From Fervidobacterium sp. (GTDB lineage Bacteria > Thermotogota > Thermotogae > Thermotogales > Fervidobacteriaceae): 64,000 bases of DNA. The translations under genes were made by a program, and so were the position numbers. Location: assembly GCA_049970055.1 (NCBI GenBank), contig JBMFNR010000002.1:148406-212405 (forward strand), given 5' to 3'. The notes beneath the pieces were generated by a model. That model saw nothing but the letters and a program-made list of their open reading frames with translations. It made no database searches and was not told where the DNA came from. Below are positions 61,924 through 64,000 of this stretch, piece after piece (position 1 is the first letter of the stretch; each line of letters begins with the position of its first letter).

Positions 61924-62925
61924 ATGAGAAGAATTGGTGTTCTTTCCGTGGGAAACGACTGTCCCGGTTTGAATGCGGCAATTAGGTCTATTGTTGTTAA
62001 TGCAATTGAAAAAGAAATAGAAGTCATGGGGATAAAAGATGGTTTTGAAGGTTTACTCCAAGACAAAGTAGATATTCTTGTAAGGAATGACGTCTCGGGT
62101 ATACTTCACAGGGGTGGAACGATACTTGGTACTTCGTTGTTTATTCCTGAAAAAGATGAAGATCTTGTCACAATAAAGAACAAAACTATGCAGTATGGAA
62201 TAACAGGATACATTATTCTTGGTGGAAGAAATGCAGTCAAAAGCGCACTACATTTGCAAAAGTATGGAATTCCGAGTATCATTGTGCCAGCGACAATAGA
62301 CAACGATCTATCATTTACTGATTTTTCAATAGGATTTATCACTGCACTTGAACACGTGACACAGGCGCTTGATATAATCCATTCCACAGCGGAATCTCAC
62401 CACAGAGTTATGATAGTCAAAACGATGGGAGCACCTGGTGGATGGCTCGCAACATTTGGTGGTCTTGCCGGCGGAGCAGATTTTGTCATAACAAACTCTG
62501 ATGTAATTAGTCCTGAAGAGTTGATAAATACGATCAAGAACAGATACGAAAGTGGTAAAAGATTTTCAATAGTAGTTGTTGAGGACGGAGTTAAACTTCC
62601 AGATGAAATACTAGATGAATGCAAATGTTCATACGAAACAGACCCTGCGGAAGTTATAGGATTGTATATTGAAAAGAAGTTAAATATAGAATGGAGGTAC
62701 ACAAACCTTGGTTATATCCAGAGAGGTGGAGTACCTGCCGCAATGGATAGAATTATAGCTACACAAACAAGTGCAAGAGCTGTCGAACTTGTAAAAATGG
62801 GCAAATTTTACCATGCAGTTGGAGTAAAAGGATTTGTTGTAACAGAAGTGCCATACAGTGAAACATTACTGAACGTAAGACCTGTTGACTATTACATCAA
62901 ACAACTTGCAAAGCTTTTCTATTGA
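61924..62925 (+). CDS. Phosphofructokinase-family protein with divergent motifs
   Basis: DCPGLNAAIR, GGTILGTS, TIDND, LGYIQRGG present; GGDG and MGR motifs altered. Confidence 0.85.
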   Translation: MRRIGVLSVGNDCPGLNAAIRSIVVNAIEKEIEVMGIKDGFEGLLQDKVDILVRNDVSGILHRGGTILGTSLFIPEKDEDLVTIKNKTMQYGITGYIILGGRNAVKSALHLQKYGIPSIIVPATIDNDLSFTDFSIGFITALEHVTQALDIIHSTAESHHRVMIVKTMGAPGGWLATFGGLAGGADFVITNSDVISPEELINTIKNRYESGKRFSIVVVEDGVKLPDEILDECKCSYETDPAEVIGLYIEKKLNIEWRYTNLGYIQRGGVPAAMDRIIATQTSARAVELVKMGKFYHAVGVKGFVVTEVPYSETLLNVRPVDYYIKQLAKLFY

Positions 62926-62983
62926 TATCTGAGTATATTCCTATATTTGCATAGTAAAGAAACTCAAATAACATAAAAAACAT

Positions 62984-63010
62984 AAGCGGCTCTTTTGAGC
63001 CGCCTTTTTT
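62984..63010 (+). terminator. Intrinsic terminator after the pfk homolog
   Basis: GCGGCTC-tttt-GAGCCGC followed by T tract. Confidence 0.78.
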
Positions 63011-63374
63011 CTTCAAATTATTTATAAATACCTTCCCTACCAGTATAGACAGCTATCAGTGGCCTTTGTAATCACATTTAAATTCCACAAGCTATATAAA
63101 TAAACCTTCCTTTCGTTATGCGCTGCTATGTATTAAAATGTCAAGGTCATGCTAAATTATGCCAAATCAAGTTCTTCACAACGGTATTATAATATCTTTC
63201 ACCTACCTCTTCCTCTTATTGCATAAAGCCATAAAACAAAGTATTCACAAAATAATTGGTGAAAATTAATGTATAAGAATTAAAATTACAATTGATAGAA
63301 ATTATTTATCTTAATCGCTTGAAAATTGTAGTCTGTTTTTTCAATGAATAATGTTAAAATAAATCAGAATGTCC

Positions 63375-63386
63375 GGTAACGTTACC
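63375..63386. promoter_or_regulatory. Palindromic operator, LacI-family-like
   Basis: Perfect GGTAACGTTACC with central CG, about 38 bp upstream of a sugar MFS gene. Confidence 0.6.
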
Positions 63387-63423
63387 AATGATCTTTAGAT
63401 ACTTAAAGACAGGAGGGGTTGTT

Positions 63424-64000
63424 ATGGCAGAACGATTGCCGACGTGGAAGAAGTGGATGTACGCTTTAGGACAACTAGGTTGGTCGCTAACAAGTTTTGC
63501 TATTGGAAATGCGCTTGTGTACTTTTACATGCCACCAGAGGGGGTTAACTTTCCTCAGTTTGTTCAAAAAGGTGCTGTGTTTGCAGGATTGACGATTGTT
63601 GGCCTTGCCTTAGGCGTTTCAAGATTTTTCGATGCTGTTACCGACCCTTTAGTTGCAACGCTCTCGGACAGAAGTAAAATGAAACTTGGAAGAAGGCGGG
63701 GATTCCTTGCTATTAGTGTTTTACCGTTTGCCCTTTTCTCTTTCTTACCATTTTTACCACCATCATCGAGTTTTTCTATTAATACGGCTTGGCTCTTTGC
63801 GACGGTGATCGCGTTTTATTGGTTCATGACCATGTATGTTACACCGTATTTTGCGTGGATGAGCGAACTTGGTCACAATCCAGACGAAAGATTACTATTA
63901 AGCACAATGATTTCTATTATGTGGGCGATTGGTTATGTTATAGGTACCCAGATTTATTTGTTTCAAACAATCTTAGAAAAAGCTGGTTTAGAACCGGTAA
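63424..64000 (+). CDS. MFS transporter, GPH (MelB-like) family; runs off the window end
   Basis: GGAGG RBS; MAERLPTWKKWMYALGQLG..RFFDAVTDPLVATLSDRSKMKLGRRR..PYFAW..E. Confidence 0.85.
   Translation, partial: MAERLPTWKKWMYALGQLGWSLTSFAIGNALVYFYMPPEGVNFPQFVQKGAVFAGLTIVGLALGVSRFFDAVTDPLVATLSDRSKMKLGRRRGFLAISVLPFALFSFLPFLPPSSSFSINTAWLFATVIAFYWFMTMYVTPYFAWMSELGHNPDERLLLSTMISIMWAIGYVIGTQIYLFQTILEKAGLEPV

Noticed and set aside
63011..63350. Possible sRNA or gene remnant in the long intergenic region after the pfk homolog
   Set aside because: Only very short ORFs and a weak AATA(A)ACCTTCC-like repeat; no structure or homology I can support
1..64000. tRNA/rRNA genes, IS elements, prophage or defence systems
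   Set aside because: None recognised by eye; no transposase, integrase, cas or restriction-system ORFs in the track

Overview
AT-rich bacterial chromosomal window, most likely Thermotogota and probably Fervidobacterium/Thermosipho-like. This is inferred from the 12-mer AAACTTACCACC boxes, the long SecA insert and the rimO-pgsA-thpR-recA-recX-rny gene order. It opens with a probable replication origin (about 10 Thermotoga-type DnaA boxes in the first 400 bp). Most of the rest is + strand housekeeping and metabolic genes: recA cluster, murJ, tdh-kbl, iadA, a Na+-pumping methylmalonyl-CoA decarboxylase pathway, secA, speD/speE, rnhB, thyX, folD, yajC-secD-secF and a membrane pyrophosphatase. The most unusual element is a candidate surface-fibre system at about 37.7-47.3 kb. 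It comprises three paralogous secreted ~140-150 aa beta-rich subunits all ending in F-x-F-L-P-F (one broken by a 1-bp frameshift), a multi-Ig chaperone-like protein, a short secretin, a secretin-N/beta-barrel hybrid, and two SARP/BTAD-like regulators with degenerate GGDEF-like tails. No type IV pilus/T2SS ATPase, prepilin peptidase or usher is present in the locus. Other notable items are a leader-peptide attenuator before a heterodimeric ABC exporter, a deletion removing the 5' ends of both hcp and its divergent Crp/Fnr regulator, a decayed ClC gene, and a PfkA homolog with degenerate catalytic motifs. All calls come from reading the sequence and recalled family motifs; no searches were run.
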